DNA of 64,000 nt from Plasmodiophora brassicae (lineage: Eukaryota). Both the position numbers and the translations under genes were made by a program. Where the stretch lies: positions 620,001 to 684,000 of the forward strand of contig CP145421.1 in NCBI GenBank assembly GCA_036867785.1, given 5' to 3'. Position 1 is the first letter of the stretch. Every line of letters begins with the position of its first letter. The notes beneath the pieces were generated by a model that was given only the letters and a program-made list of their open reading frames with translations, had not been told where the DNA came from and did not search any database. This document shows, piece by piece, positions 22,525-35,642 of this stretch.

Positions 22525-23686
22525 GGGCGGGCGATATAACGCGCACTGGCAAGAATGATATCGACGGCGCCGACCGCAACTCGCAAGCAAGCGGGTCAGT
22601 GGGTCGCCCAGAAATAGCGCTCGCCGCGTACAAAAATAACGCCCAGTCGGACAGAGCGCACACACACGCACACGCCGCCCGCCACCTGTCTCGCGAGCCT
22701 CTCACTCGACCGGCCCGGCCCGGCTCTCCGCCCGTTCCTGGGTGCAGCGCACAGTGCTCCGTAGCAGTCGCCCGCTGCGATTCGTAGACGACAGATCGGC
22801 ACACACACCGTTCCGGTGTACGGGAATAATCCATGCTGACGGGGCAAAGTGCGCCAATTGACCTGCCGATCTCGCGTCGACAGGGCAAAGTGACGTCCAT
22901 GACGTCGGTGAGGACACCGCGATGACGTTAGATAGCAAATAATCGAACCATACCGCAGCCGCGATGTCCAGCCAGTAACCGCGGTCGACTAACCGGCCAT
23001 GATGTTGATGACGTCACGCACTCATCGCGTCGCATCTCGTTCGTCGAGCCCTCCGACGTGGCCGGGGGCAGTACTTCCGTCGTTTCACACAGCCAGCCTT
23101 TTCAGAATCCACAGCAACAGGCGGCACGACACGAACTGTTACGCGACAGTCTTTGCTTGGCGACTCGCCATTCCTCTCCGTACCTCTCTTATTCACGGGA
23201 AGATGTCCTTCTCACCCTAATAGTAGTCATCAATCACTGACGGTGTATCTGGTCAATGATTTGCAGAGGTTGACCGCGAATACAAATGCAAACACTAGAG
23301 GCATGCCCTAACCCCGTCCTTTTTGCTTGCCGAACTACGTAGCACCGACCAGTGATCCCGACGACGACCTTGTTGCCTGTGTGGACAACGTGCCGGCCGC
23401 GTCGACACTACCTCAGGTGGCGACGGGGAGCGGGGTGCGTGTTCCGCGATCATTGCCCGTGCGGCCGTGCCGACGGCTAAAATCGGCGGCAGCCTCACTA
23501 GCAAACTGCGCCGTTGCGGTGTCCGTGGGCTGTGCGGCAGAGGTCGCGTATTCGATCTGCACGGCAGGTCCCGTTTCTTGTAGCGGCGTTTGCGGGCGCC
23601 CGCCTGCCTGCCTGCCTGCCTGCCTTGCCTGCTGATAATACCGCGCGCGCGGGGGTCGTTCTGCATCTGCTGCGCCCCCAACCACA

Positions 23687-26533
23687 ATGTCTCTGCCGGA
23701 CCAGTTCCGGGACGCCCTCACGATGGTGTCTGCAGCTGGGCAACGTGGGCGGCTCGTTCGGGAGATTGTCGATATCCATGAGGATGGGCACATCCGGTCG
23801 TGGCTGTGGCGGCAGCTTCTAGCATCGCCGACGCTGGTGGGGTTCGCGGACGAATCATGTGCTGTTGATCCAGGTGCGCCACTGGATGATTCCACCCGTG
23901 GATTGCGTCTGGTGGCGACTCCCATCCAGCGAGAGGTCTTCCTGGGCATCTACAATCGCAACATCTCATTGTCATCCGCCCAGCTCAGCCTGCTGGAAGC
24001 GATCGGATCCGGGATGGACAGGGGTGTTGCACGAAGCGATATCGATGAGTTCATGGGCACCATGCAGAACAAGGAGTTCTTTCGAAATTGCAAGACCCTG
24101 ATCGGGCGCAACCTCATTGTTCGGGTCAACGAGTTCACCGGTGCCCTTAGACCTGGTACGGCGGTCGCCTCCGACGTTGATATCGCCAGCGCTCACTTCT
24201 TGTGCAGGAAAATTTGCTCCACCGTTTGCGACTCTTCGCTGGTACCTGAAGCGGTTCTCGCCGGTGCCTCTGCCGATTCGCGCTAGCAGATCGCTCTCAG
24301 CGGCCAGCTCGATGCACGATCACCAGCAGCGTGCTGCGTTACGTCGCTGGATAGACCATGCCGTTGTACCCCTCCTGGTCAACCGTCTCGCGCAGCGGGC
24401 GCCCCAGGATATGTTCGAGGAGGACCTGGAGTCGTTCGCCGTTGAGAACAACCTCCTGGAGGGCATTGAGTACGTCCGTCCCCTGGGTCACATGGATTTG
24501 CATGTCATTTACGATGGGATTCCTAGGTGGGTATCCGCTCGAGAACGGCTGTTTGCGACGAGACGCGTCCAGTGGGTGTACGTCCCGGCCGGGGATGGCG
24601 TGTTCCGCCAAGGGTTCCGCCTCGTCGAACAGTCGGAAGACTGCGCCCTGGAGGAGAACGACGACGTCCTGGATTCGAATGCATACGACAGGCCGCTCAC
24701 GTACGAGGAGCTAATGACGCCGCCTGCAACCCAGATGTACAGGATCATCGACGAGTCCGGCTCCCTAGGAACGTTAACCTGCACGCTGTTCCGCATGCTG
24801 AAGATGAACCCGCGCCATGGGACGAAAATCCTTCGGGAGCTGCTCGCTCTGCCAGGCGACGACGCCGTCGTCCAGGTCGCCGATCGTTATAAGACCAACA
24901 TGACGTATCGCCTGTTCCGCAAGGTGCACATCAAGGACGCCATGGACAGGTTCGGCATATCCGACAACGGGCAAGCCATTGTCAAGAAGCAGTCCCAAGG
25001 CAGGAAGCGACGTCGAGCGTCGTCGTCGTTGATGAATTCCGACAGCGAACAGGATGGCTCTGAAGCTGACGAACAAGACAGGGCCGGTGTGGATGCCGAC
25101 AAGGCGCGTCTTAGCAGAGACGCTGTGATTCGTCGGCGAGCACGCTGGATTCGAGATGTCATCGACGTGCGGAAGATCGCCACGCTCAACACGCTCGTGC
25201 ACCTGGTGCGTCATCGTGAAGCGGCCTGCTCGGCGATCTGCGCTGCCCTGTCTGTTCGGACGGCCTGCGAGGATCTGGAACAAGAAGGGGTCGTCGTCGT
25301 CCGAACCCTGGACGACGTCGAAGACACGCCACCCGTCATCGTCGTCGTCAGCACCGACCTGGACCCGGATCACCTCGACACGAGGCGCGCGATGATGGAG
25401 GAGGCGATCCGATTCGACCCGTACGTGGAATCGATGATCGTCCGGGAGCGGACACGTATGGGCCCGCACGGCCCATCCGAAACGTTCATGATCGCGTACC
25501 CGACGCTATGCGGTTTCGTCAAGCCTCGCATGCTTCGCGTCAAGCTTCTGCACCTGCACATCGTGGAGATGACGCTGGCCAGACGTCCCTACTCCCCGCA
25601 CTGGTACCTGCAGGACCTGTTCCAGGCCATGCCGCTCTCGCTGTACCTGATGGTCGCCGGTGTGGTCGATGCGATCCCCGAACACGTGCTGTACGACGAG
25701 TCCATGCACGCGTTACCGATCAGTCGCCTGCCCATCAACATCCGGCGCGCCATGATGTCGTCGCTCCTGAACGGGACCACGTTCAACAGCCTCCGCGTTC
25801 AGGACGTCCTCGAGGTCGGCAACCGCATGGGCATCTTCACACTGACGATGCCGTCGGCGTATCCGGCAACATGGCAGGTGACGCTGAACGCCGAGTCGCC
25901 CCTGGTCACGATCGCGTCGCTGGCCGACGTCCACTCGTTCTGGTCCGACCTGCGCCTGTACTGCCAGTCGGTGATCCTGACCGAGAATCCGACGAAAGTC
26001 GCTGGAGTTGCTGTGCCATGGAAACCGCCACCCGATCTCGTCATTCGCGCCGGGTTCGCCGACCTGTTGCCGCTGGCGCGCTTCCCCGAGGTCTACAACG
26101 AGTCGAGCTGGGTCCTCGGGTACGACATGTCGGACAACAAGGTCGAGATGATCCTGCAGGCGGACAGCGAGTCGCGCATCGTCACCGAAGCCGCCCTGAA
26201 TCGCCTCTGCGTCAAGGTGAATGCAAGTACGGGCAAGGTCGCGTGGCGACTGGCGCGCCTCCACCTGCCGTTCGCCGAACAGTTCCATCAGGCGGAACTG
26301 TGCCACGATTGGCGACCGACGCTCGTCGACCAGCGTCGCGTCACGTACTCGGTGGTGAAGGGTGGCGCACCCAAGGAGTCGGTCGTCGCTCTGCTCCAGG
26401 AGAAACCGCAGCGGAAGAAGCGAGAGCGCCCGGTCGAACCGAAGCCGACGCGAAGGCGGAAGCGACCGAGGCGGTCTCGCGCGTCGGGCGGCAGCGACCT
26501 GCGCTCGCTGCTGTGCATCAGACGGGTCGACGG

Positions 26534-26570
<37 letters not shown>

Positions 26571-28133
26571 CAACAAGAGGAGGAACATGTTGAGGAGGAG
26601 GACCAGCAGGTCGACGAACCTGTGGCAACCACCGACGCCGACGGCGATGACGCCGACATCGGCAGCCGGCGTCGCTCGCGACGTGCCGTCCGATCCGTCT
26701 ATCGAGAACGCACGCTGCGGCTGCAGAAGAAGCTGGGTGCCGCGTTGCCCAGGAGCGACACTGATGATGGGCATCCGGCATCTGACGATGGCCACGTGTC
26801 TGGTGAACAACGGGAAGAAGACAGCGCCGAGGACGAGCTCGAGGAAGCCGGTGACGAAGGCGTCGGCGAGGTCGCTGAACCTGAGGAGAGCGGCGGCGAC
26901 GTCCTTCCCGAGTGGACGCCTGAATTGCAATCCTTGATGGCACGTGTCTATGGGCGTTCGGGCAGCGAGGCCGATCTGGCGGTCGCTGCCGGGCACCCGC
27001 GCCTGCACTGGCTCCTGGCGCGACTCAAGCTCATCCTGATCCAGCGCGACGCCGAATACGACGCGTCGGCGGCCGTCGCGCTCCTGACCGGCTACAGCGA
27101 CAGCGAAGTGAAATGGGCGTGCGACGTCCTGTTCAAGGCCGGCCTGGTCGTCAAGCGGAAGCATGGCCCCGGGTCGAAACCGACCCGAGGACACTTCGCC
27201 ATCGCACGTCGCGCCGTGGACGCGCTGAACCGGCCCGCCCTGTCCCTTGGCCTTCTGCAACGGTCGTCGTCGTTTCGCGGGCGCCTCTCCACCGAGCACC
27301 CGTTGGCGTTCATGTCGAAACGTCGCGAGGGCTCCTCGGTGGACCTTGCAGGCATGGACCTGCAGACGCTTCTCGGGCAGCCGTCGGATCAGGTGGCCGT
27401 CGAGGCCAGCGGTGGCGATTCCGCTCGCCCCTGTGATGGGGTGGATGTCGCCCTGTCCCTGGAGCGCTGCGCGCACGATCGCTGCCTGCTGTCGATGACC
27501 CGTCGAGCCAACGATGCCGTTGCCGTCGAGTCCAACGACGTGGCGCTCGATGCCGTCGTTGCCGCTCTCGACGACGGCGATGTTTCGCCTGACCGCGACG
27601 ACGAATGCGTCGAGGTCACCCGAACGCCATACCGGGACGACGTCGAGGAAGCTCTTCGCGAGGCGGGCGTCTCTGGCGGCACTGTTGCTGAGCTGGCGGA
27701 ACGATCAGGTCGTGCGGTCGACCTGGTTCAAGCGTGCCTGGAGGAACTGGTTCTCAACGGGATCGCGTTGCCCTGTAACGAGTTTGCTGTTGAGCGGTTC
27801 CTGCACGCGAACTTCGCTGACAGCGGGTGCGTTCATGGCGAGTCACCTGACGTTTGGCGCCGCCTTGATGGCGACATCGACGACGCGCTGATCAACAACG
27901 TCCACTGGGCGATCCTGTCCGCCGCCATCGACCGTCCTGGCATCGATGAGCGTACGCTGGCGGCCATGTTCCCGATTCTGACGCCTCTGGAATTCGACGC
28001 TGCGATTCGCTCGCTGGTGCTGGACGGCCGGCTTCGATCCCGTCGACTGAAGCGCTCTCGTATACGGCTGCTGGGCACTGGCAGCAACACTGACACGTTC
28101 CGCGTGTTCTTCGCCAATGAACTATTTACGTAA
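23687..28133 (+). CDS. GTF3C1: TFIIIC B-box-binding large subunit (GTF3C1/Tfc3-like), one intron near 24.15-24.2 kb
   Basis: B-block-like winged helix LLEAIG..RGV..SDI..FF..KTL..NLI; QMYRIIDESGSLG; KPRMLRVKLLHLHI; LFQAMPLSLYL. Confidence 0.78.
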
Positions 28134-28173
28134 TACAGCAGGGAAGGCCAGACAAAGGACAGGTTGCTCCTTC

Positions 28174-29561
28174 TTATTTAGTGCCAGCCGAATCGAGGTT
28201 GAACGGGGACCCCATCTTCGAGTTCTCGTCACGATATGCCTCGTGGACGGCGACCAGTTGGCGCAGGAACGTCGTCATCAGGCATGTCGGGTCGACGCCC
28301 AGCGACTGCAGGATCGACCGGTTGACGTTCATGGCGACGGATTCGCGGAACTCCCACGACGTCAAGGGCGACGAGCCCGAATCCACGAGCAGCATCATCG
28401 CCCGATTCAGTAGCGTTTGGGATGCCGCGTCCTGTCCAGCGTAACGGGACAGGACGTCCTGGGCGAACTTGATCGCATCCATGGTCGGCGATTGCCGAAC
28501 CAGCTTGACGAACGTCAAGACGTGAAGTTCGCACTGAAGCGACGGGCTGTCGAGCACCCTGGGCCAGTTCGCGAGAATGACTGAAACCGCCTGTGAGATG
28601 TCCTCGTTGCAGATCAGTCTGATGACCTGCCGACGAAGCGGAAGCGACTCGACTGCTACGGATGGCGTTGGGCGGTCGTCGCTTCTGCCGACGATGGCCG
28701 CTTCGAACGCGTTATACGTCGAATGGTACCCGTGATGGACCAAGTACGACTGAATGAGCGGCTCGACCAAGGACCGGTCCACGCTGCTCTGGGCGATCCG
28801 CGCCTGCTGGTTTGCGCGTTCATCGCGTTCGAACGCGATCACGTCGAACTTGAACGTTTCCGTACCAAAGTTGACGTTGACGAGCTCGCCTGGAGCGAAC
28901 GTTACTGCAGTCGAGGATAGCAGTACAACGGGGCCGGTTACCGGGGCTTGACAGGGCAATGATCGGGAACAGCACGGGGAGTTTCTTCATCGAGCAGGCC
29001 GTGCTTAGCGAACGCCCATTGATCGTGAAGAATATGTCGTTCGTATAGAACGAAATGCCACATCCGACGACGTCGTTGGTCGTGAACGTTGGCCCGTAAT
29101 CTTTCCCGGAGAGCTGCCCTGAATACACTTTCCCATCCGTCGCCGAATACCTGCCACAGGGTCTCAGTGTTCGGAAGCGCGTAACAGAGTCAGATAGTCG
29201 AGAGATGTACGGACCCGACAGAGGACGGGTCGACACCGGGGCGGTGCATCAGATCGGCGGTCTCGTCCGCCAGCCCGATCGTAATCGCTCCTCGCTGGCC
29301 GGCCTCGACAATGGTCACCTCGTAATAGAAGACATTGCACGAGCAACTGACACGCGGGGTAAGCGACCCGCGACGGATGCATAACGGGTGGCGCGCGAAC
29401 CTGGGGATCGGTCGGCTGCCCCGGATGGCGCTGACGAAATCGCTCGGCTTCTGGCTCAGCGTCGAGCTGAACCGCAGCGACAGGCCGTCCCTGAACACCT
29501 CGATGTACGACGGGTGGCCCGGGCTCCGGAAGCACATCGCCTGCGGTGCATACTGCGCCAT
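28174..29561 (-). CDS. RanBP9/10-like CTLH-complex subunit (SPRY-LisH-CTLH-CRA)
   Basis: SPRY FYYEVTI..ITIGL..YGPTFTTNDVVGCG..IFFTING..VNFG..FKFD; LisH LIQSYLVHHGYHST. Confidence 0.88.
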
Positions 29562-29883
29562 GGTCGTCGTCCCACACTCCCAGCGCACCCACGTCGCACC
29601 GGTGCCTCGCAATGGCGACGCGCGCCGCGCACCGAACTGCACGACTGCGGTACGTCCGCCGGACGGCTCGGGGATAGGAATACGGAATACCGCGTTGCCA
29701 CCCGAGCCATGCGCGCGTTGTTACATACCACCGTCGCTTCACGCGGAACTGCGGCATTCGCCAGTGGGACGCGACGTGCAGCTCGCCCGTCATCATGACT
29801 GCGGTAAAGTAGGTGAGGGAGGTGCCGGTGCGACAGCGCATTCGCGGAAAAGTGCGTCGCGAACGCCAGCGCGCTGGTCGAAC

Positions 29884-31594
29884 ATGGGGAAGAAGAGCCG
29901 GACGAAGGATCGCATGCACATGACGGCGTCCGAATGGGCGCGCGAGTTCGGCGGGCACAAGGCGGCGGCGAGCCGGGCCGGCGTGGCGAAGTGCCTGCCG
30001 TTTGACCACTGCGCGATGGGCCTGACGCCGTTCTCGGATCCCGTCTGCACGCGGCAGGGCGATGTATTCGATATCCTGTACGGTCGTTTGCGTTTCGATC
30101 TGTGACGCCGCCACGTTTACACTCCCGTATCCAGCAACATCGTTCCCTATGTGAAGAAGTTTGGGAAGAATCCGGTGGACGGGACGCCCCTGGAGGTCAA
30201 GGACTTGATCCGACTTCAGTTCGCGAAGAATGCTGATGGGCAGTACCACTGTCCGCTTACCTTCAAACAGTTCACGAGCGCATCACATATCGTTGCCAGT
30301 AAGCAGACGCTGCTGCATCGTGTGTGACCTGGAGCACTCACCCGTGCGTAGTCGCCACGTCGGGCAACGTGTTTGCGTATGAAGCCATCCAGGAGTTGAA
30401 CATTCGTCCCAAGCTATGGACCGATCTCGTCTCCGGACAGGCGTTCACCAAGGGCGACATCATCACGATTCAGGACCCGTCGCGGCCACCCAAACTGATC
30501 ATCCGTCCTGAAGACGCGCCGGATGCTGCTGCTGCGCCTGAACCTGAAACGGAGTTCACTGGGAAACGATTGCCGAAGCGTAAGCGACTCGACGATGTTG
30601 CTCAGGCTGCGCCTGCGAAGGTTGCCGCCGCGGCTGCCGCCAAGAAACCGTCCGTTCCTGCCATTCCGACACATCACTTCACGACAGGGGCGACGTCGTC
30701 CTCGTTCACATCCACGGCAGCGCCGCTTTCTACGTCCACAACCCTTGAACGTCTGAACGACGCCGAACTTCGAGCCCGACGGTACGCCAAGTTGAAGGGG
30801 ACTGACGCGAAGGGCTACGTCCGGTTGGTGACCACGAAGGGCCAGCTGAACTTCCAGTTGGATTGCGCCCTGGCGCCTTTTGCCTGTCACAATTTCATCT
30901 TGCTCTGCCAGAGGGGATACTATAACGGCGTCCAGTTCCACCGCCTGATCCCCAACTTCATGGTGCAAGGCGGGGACCCCACCGGCACGGGCACGGGCGG
31001 CGAGAGTGCATGGGGTGTGCCTTTCCGCGATGAATGCCGCCCTGAACTTCGCCATGACAGTCGAGGGATCCTGTCGATGGCGAACGCCGGACCGGATTCG
31101 AACAAGAGCCAGTTTTTCGTCACGTTGCGTCCCACGCCTCACCTGAACGGAAAGCATACCGTGTTTGGACGGCTTGTCGGTGGCGAGGAAACCCTTGATG
31201 CGATAGGTACATTATGTGTTTCATGTGCAAACGCCCGTGACGCTTACGTGTTGCTGCAGAGGCGGTCGCCACAGATAAAGACGATCGGCCTGTGGCAAAG
31301 ATCGCGATCGTCAGCACTGAAGTGTTCGTGGACCCGTTCCCGGAGATCATGGAAGGACCGGAAGACGGTGCTGTGACCAACGAGAAACCGAAGACGTTGC
31401 CCGAAGAGGACTCAACGCCCTACCTGTCCATGAGCAACGCGATGATCGCACGAAACAGCACCAGCGGCACTGTTCCCGTTGGGAAATATCTGCGACCCAA
31501 CACGGGAAGCACCCCCTCGGATCACCTGTCGTCAACGCCGACGGTGAAGACGAAACCTGTCAGCACGAGCTATGGCGACTTCTCCAACTTCTAA
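29884..31594 (+). CDS. PPIL2: Peptidyl-prolyl isomerase-like 2 (U-box/RING + cyclophilin)
   Basis: MGKK..DRMHMTASEW..LPFDHC..TPFSDPVC; cyclophilin FHRLIPNFMVQGGDPTGTGTGGES, LSMANAGPDSNKSQFF, HTVFG. Confidence 0.95.
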
Positions 31595-31739
31595 ACCACC
31601 CTGTAATATCGTCGCGGTCCTGGTGTTTACGTTTCGGAGGACGTCATGTGGGCGCCACCTTCGTTGCAGCCTGCGCTTTAACTCGCAGCCGACCGAGGGT
31701 CGTCATCTTGGTAGGTGGGCACCTGCCCGATCGGCGTCG

Positions 31740-33023
31740 ATGGCCAGCGTGCATGGGGGTGCACCCCGGTCGCATCCGACCAAGATGTTCACGCTGGCCG
31801 GATGCAGGCGACGGAAACCTCGTACCCATCATCGTGGGTCGTCGTCGGACAGCCTGTCGTCCCCATCGTCGGATCCGTCGTGCCCGTACCGTACGCCGGT
31901 CCTCACGAAGCACGATGACCATGACGACGAAGGCCATGTCGAAGGCCTAGCGCATCGGTTCGTGTTCCCGCCGCACGCGGCCAAGAACCCGTTCATCTTC
32001 CGCGGGTTCAAGGCCCCCGAGACCTGGCGACATGCCATGAACACGCTGTTCCACTGTGATAACGAGACCGCCAACGTGTGGTCGTCGCTGTTCGGCATCC
32101 TGCCCCTGTCGTTCCTTGCTGTCAACGTGCTGGCCATCGAGGAACAGACCGGGTTCGACGCCGATGGACTGGTCGGTCGTGCGCAGCGCCTCGTGTGGGT
32201 TCCAGACGTGCTGATCAGGGGCGGCCCCAATATAGTTCGTCGCCATGATGCTCTTCCTCGGCAACATCGTCCTGACGTCCGCCTACCACCTATTCAACCA
32301 GGTCCCCCATCTGTACGCGCTCTGGTCCAACCTGGACTTCGCCGGCATCAATTTGGTACGTTCCTCGCGCCGACTGCATGGCAACGAGTTCGCTGAAGAC
32401 AGCGGCCAGGCGATATGTTCGCTATCGTTCGCGATGACGTACTACGGGTACCAGTTATGGACGAGCATGCCCTGGTACATGGAGTTCGGGGTCGTCATGG
32501 CGATAGCGGCGACCTGCTCGTCGGCGGCAACGTATTACAGGACGGTGACCGACCACGACCCGTTCATCCTGCAGCCGATTAACCTGGTCGGTGTGCAGCA
32601 GCAGGGTCGCACCCGGTCCACGTTTGATGGACGGTCTGTCTCCAGACGGCGCTCTTCTTCGTGCTGACATCGTTCTTCTACACGATGCCGCCCAGCCCCC
32701 GAAACACCTGCTTCTTAACCTTCATCGGGATCGGGGCGTTCATTCACGTGACGAAGATCCCGGAGCGCTGGTCGCCCGGAACGTTCTGCTTCTTCGGGCA
32801 TTCGCACATGATCTGGCATTTAAGGTCAGAGGGGCCAAATGGGGACCAGTCCTCCCCCCGAGCTGATGTACGTCGTCGTGTGTCGCGTTGTAGTTACACG
32901 ATGGGATTCTTCTGTTTCTATTCGAGCATCGTTCGGGAGGCGGTCGGCCCCGGTCCGCTCTGGGATGAACCCATCTTCGACATCGTCGCTGCTGTTCAGC
33001 ATCCACGACAGCACCTGTCCTGA
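31740..33023 (+). CDS. PAQR / hemolysin-III family membrane protein (AdipoR-like)
   Basis: [37 protein letters not shown]...GHSHMIWH. Confidence 0.9.
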
Positions 33024-33072
33024 TTGCACGCGACCAGTCGAGGGGAGCCGTCGCCTACAGTAAATCCATTTA

Positions 33073-33503
33073 TCAAACATGCGCCTCGGCGAATTTGTCG
33101 ATTGCATTGGCCATCGCCAGGTCCTGGACGAATCGATTAGTGCCGGCATGGCTAGGCAAACGGGCGCACTGCTGACGTTCGTGGACAGGCCTTTGCAGTC
33201 GTGGGTCGTCAGCGTGATGTCGACGCGATTGTAAACGTTGAACCATTCCGGGTGGTGGTTCATCGTTTCGGCCAGCAGTGCGACGCCTAGTCGCAGTGTC
33301 AGTACGAATGGTCGGCCGCGACGCCCAGTCTGCACCGGACGCGTCATGAACCCGAACGCGGTATTGAAATCCTGAAACACGAACTGCCGCTGGATCGCGT
33401 CCCGGCCATCCACCGCTTTCCACGCCGACGGCAGCTGACGCCGTTGCTCCTCGGTCAGCAAGCGGGCCGTCGTGCTCAGCAGCCGACGCGACACCGTCCT
33501 CAT
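33073..33503 (-). CDS. PCBD: Pterin-4a-carbinolamine dehydratase with mitochondrial-type presequence
   Basis: [15 protein letters not shown]|[30 protein letters not shown]-terminus [16 protein letters not shown]. Confidence 0.93.
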
Positions 33504-33835
33504 CGTTCGCAAGCGCCGAATTAGGCACCGCCGCAGGCGGCAGACATCAGGCGAATGGACCGGCAGCTACGCGTAGAATATTATAGCAACAGGTGAACCG
33601 GAGCGATCTGACGACGCGCGCACTTGCAGGGACTGCAGATACACGTCACTGCGACAAGTCACAGGAACGGGTCGGCACCGTAGAGAGGGGGGACACCTCA
33701 TCAAAGCGGGGTGGCTGGCTCTCCCCCTTTTTATCAGCCTCGGTTCGTCGCGGTCGGCGCACAGCAAAAAACGTCGATTATCAGTTGCCAGCGTCGTCAT
33801 TTGTCGTTGACGCACGTTGCGATCGTCGTTGGGCG

Positions 33836-35439
33836 ATGGGCGTCGACAGCAAGAAGGCGGCCGAGGCCGACGGGAAGCCCGAGGCCAACAAGAAGGGCGC
33901 GACGACGACCGATGCTGGGGCGGCGGCGGCGGCGGCGCCTGCCCCGAAGCCTGTGCCCGCCAAGGTCGCATTGCTCGAAGGCGGGGGCAACGCACTGTCT
34001 GCAGAATCGCGGCTCGTTGTCTGACCATATGGATAGAGATACGAGATGTGATCCGCGCCCTGGAGAAAGGTGTGCCTCGTCGCGATGAACGTATCTTGGT
34101 CTCTAGTGCGAAGCACAACGCCCGGATTCGTAAAGGGGTGTCGACGCCGATTCTGACGTCGGTCATCAACGAATTCCTGTCCAGCGATCAGAAACTTCAC
34201 GCCAAATTGACGGCCGCCGTCGACGTGGGACAAATGCTGGACGCCGACGACGAGGCCGTCGTCGCCCTTCCGGCGCCCACCCCGCGTTCAACGCTGCCGA
34301 TTCCGGAAGTGGAAACCTACATCCACCTGGTCGTCGCCATGTTCGTATTTGATCACGGTGAGCTGCCTCGTGCCCTGGAATGCATTTCCGATCTCATCAC
34401 GCGCGTGTCGTCGTTGAACCGTCGGTCGCTGGATCGGCTGGCGGCGCGAGCGTACCAGTTGTGGGCGCTCGTCCTGGAGCGATCCGGCAAGGTCCATGAG
34501 GTGCGCTCGCACCTGATCGCCGCGCATCGGAGCGCCTGCCTTCGCCACGATGAGCCTGGCCAAGCGGTCCTGACGAACCTGATCATCCGCAACTACCTGC
34601 TGTCGAACCTGTACGCCCAGGCGGACAAGTTCCGCCTGAATTGCACGTTCCCGGAAGCGCGCTCTAACTACCAGACCGCTCGCTACCTCTACTATGTCGG
34701 CAAGATCAACTCGGTTCAGTTGCACTACTCAGACGCGTTTGCCAACCTGTCGGCCGCGTTGCGGAAGGCGCCGACGAAGGCGGCCGTGGGGTTCCGTCAG
34801 GCCGCCACCAAGCTGCTCGTCGTTATCCAGCTGCTGATGGGGGACATTCCGGAAAGGTCGCTCTTCTTTGAGCCAACCCTGGTGCGATCGTTGAGGCCGT
34901 ACTTCCAGCTAACGCAGGCGGTCCGGATCGGTGACCTGAACGCCTTCACGACGGCGCAGTCGACGCATGCCAAGGTCTTCGAGCGGGACGGCGTCCTGAA
35001 CCTGATCACCCGGCTTCGGTTCAATGTTATCAAGATCGGCCTGCGCAAGATCTCGCTGTCGTACTCGCGGATATCGATTGCCGAGATCGCGTCCAAGCTC
35101 AGCCTCAACTCGGTTGAGGATGCCGAGTACATCATCGCCAAGGCTATCAAGGACGGCGTTATCGACGCGCTGATCGATCGCAAGAAGGGCTTCGTGTACT
35201 CGACGGACAACGACGACGTGTACTCGACGAACGAACCGCAGGCGCAGTTCCACCGCCGCATCGAGTTCTGCCTCGACCTGTACAATTCGGCCGTCATGTC
35301 CATGCGGTACCACAACGCCCCGGGCGACAAGGATCACGAAGGCGACGAGCGCGCCGCCGAACATGACCAGATCCTCGAGGTCCTCGAAGAAGAGCTCAAG
35401 GACGAAGACCTGGACGACTTCATGGGGGACCACGACTAG
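33836..35439 (+). CDS. PSMD3: 26S proteasome lid subunit Rpn3
   Basis: NRRSLD..AAR, LRHD, RNYL..LYAQADK, ARYLYYVGKI, QLLMGDIPER, ISLSYSRIS, DVYSTNEPQ..FHRRI.FCL. Confidence 0.96.
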
Positions 35440-35642
35440 CGCGCTGTCATGCGATATGCGATGCCATCTTTAAAACCCCATCGGAGGATTTTGATCGATA
35501 ATAATGGGCACTGTGTTGTCAGAGCGTGTTGCACCGGTCAGCAGTGCGCGCGTGCACAGAGCAGCAGCAGCGCATCACAGTGTGAGTAGTGCTGTGTTGG
35601 TGTGTCGTCCCGCGCGGTGTGCTGGTGGCGCTGGCGGCGTCC

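Noticed and set aside
26534-26568. (GAT)n microsatellite
   Set aside because: Encodes the poly-Asp tract of the TFIIIC subunit.
25713-27476. 587-aa minus-strand ORF and many similar long antisense ORFs
   Set aside because: Shadow frames of GC-rich coding genes; no motifs.
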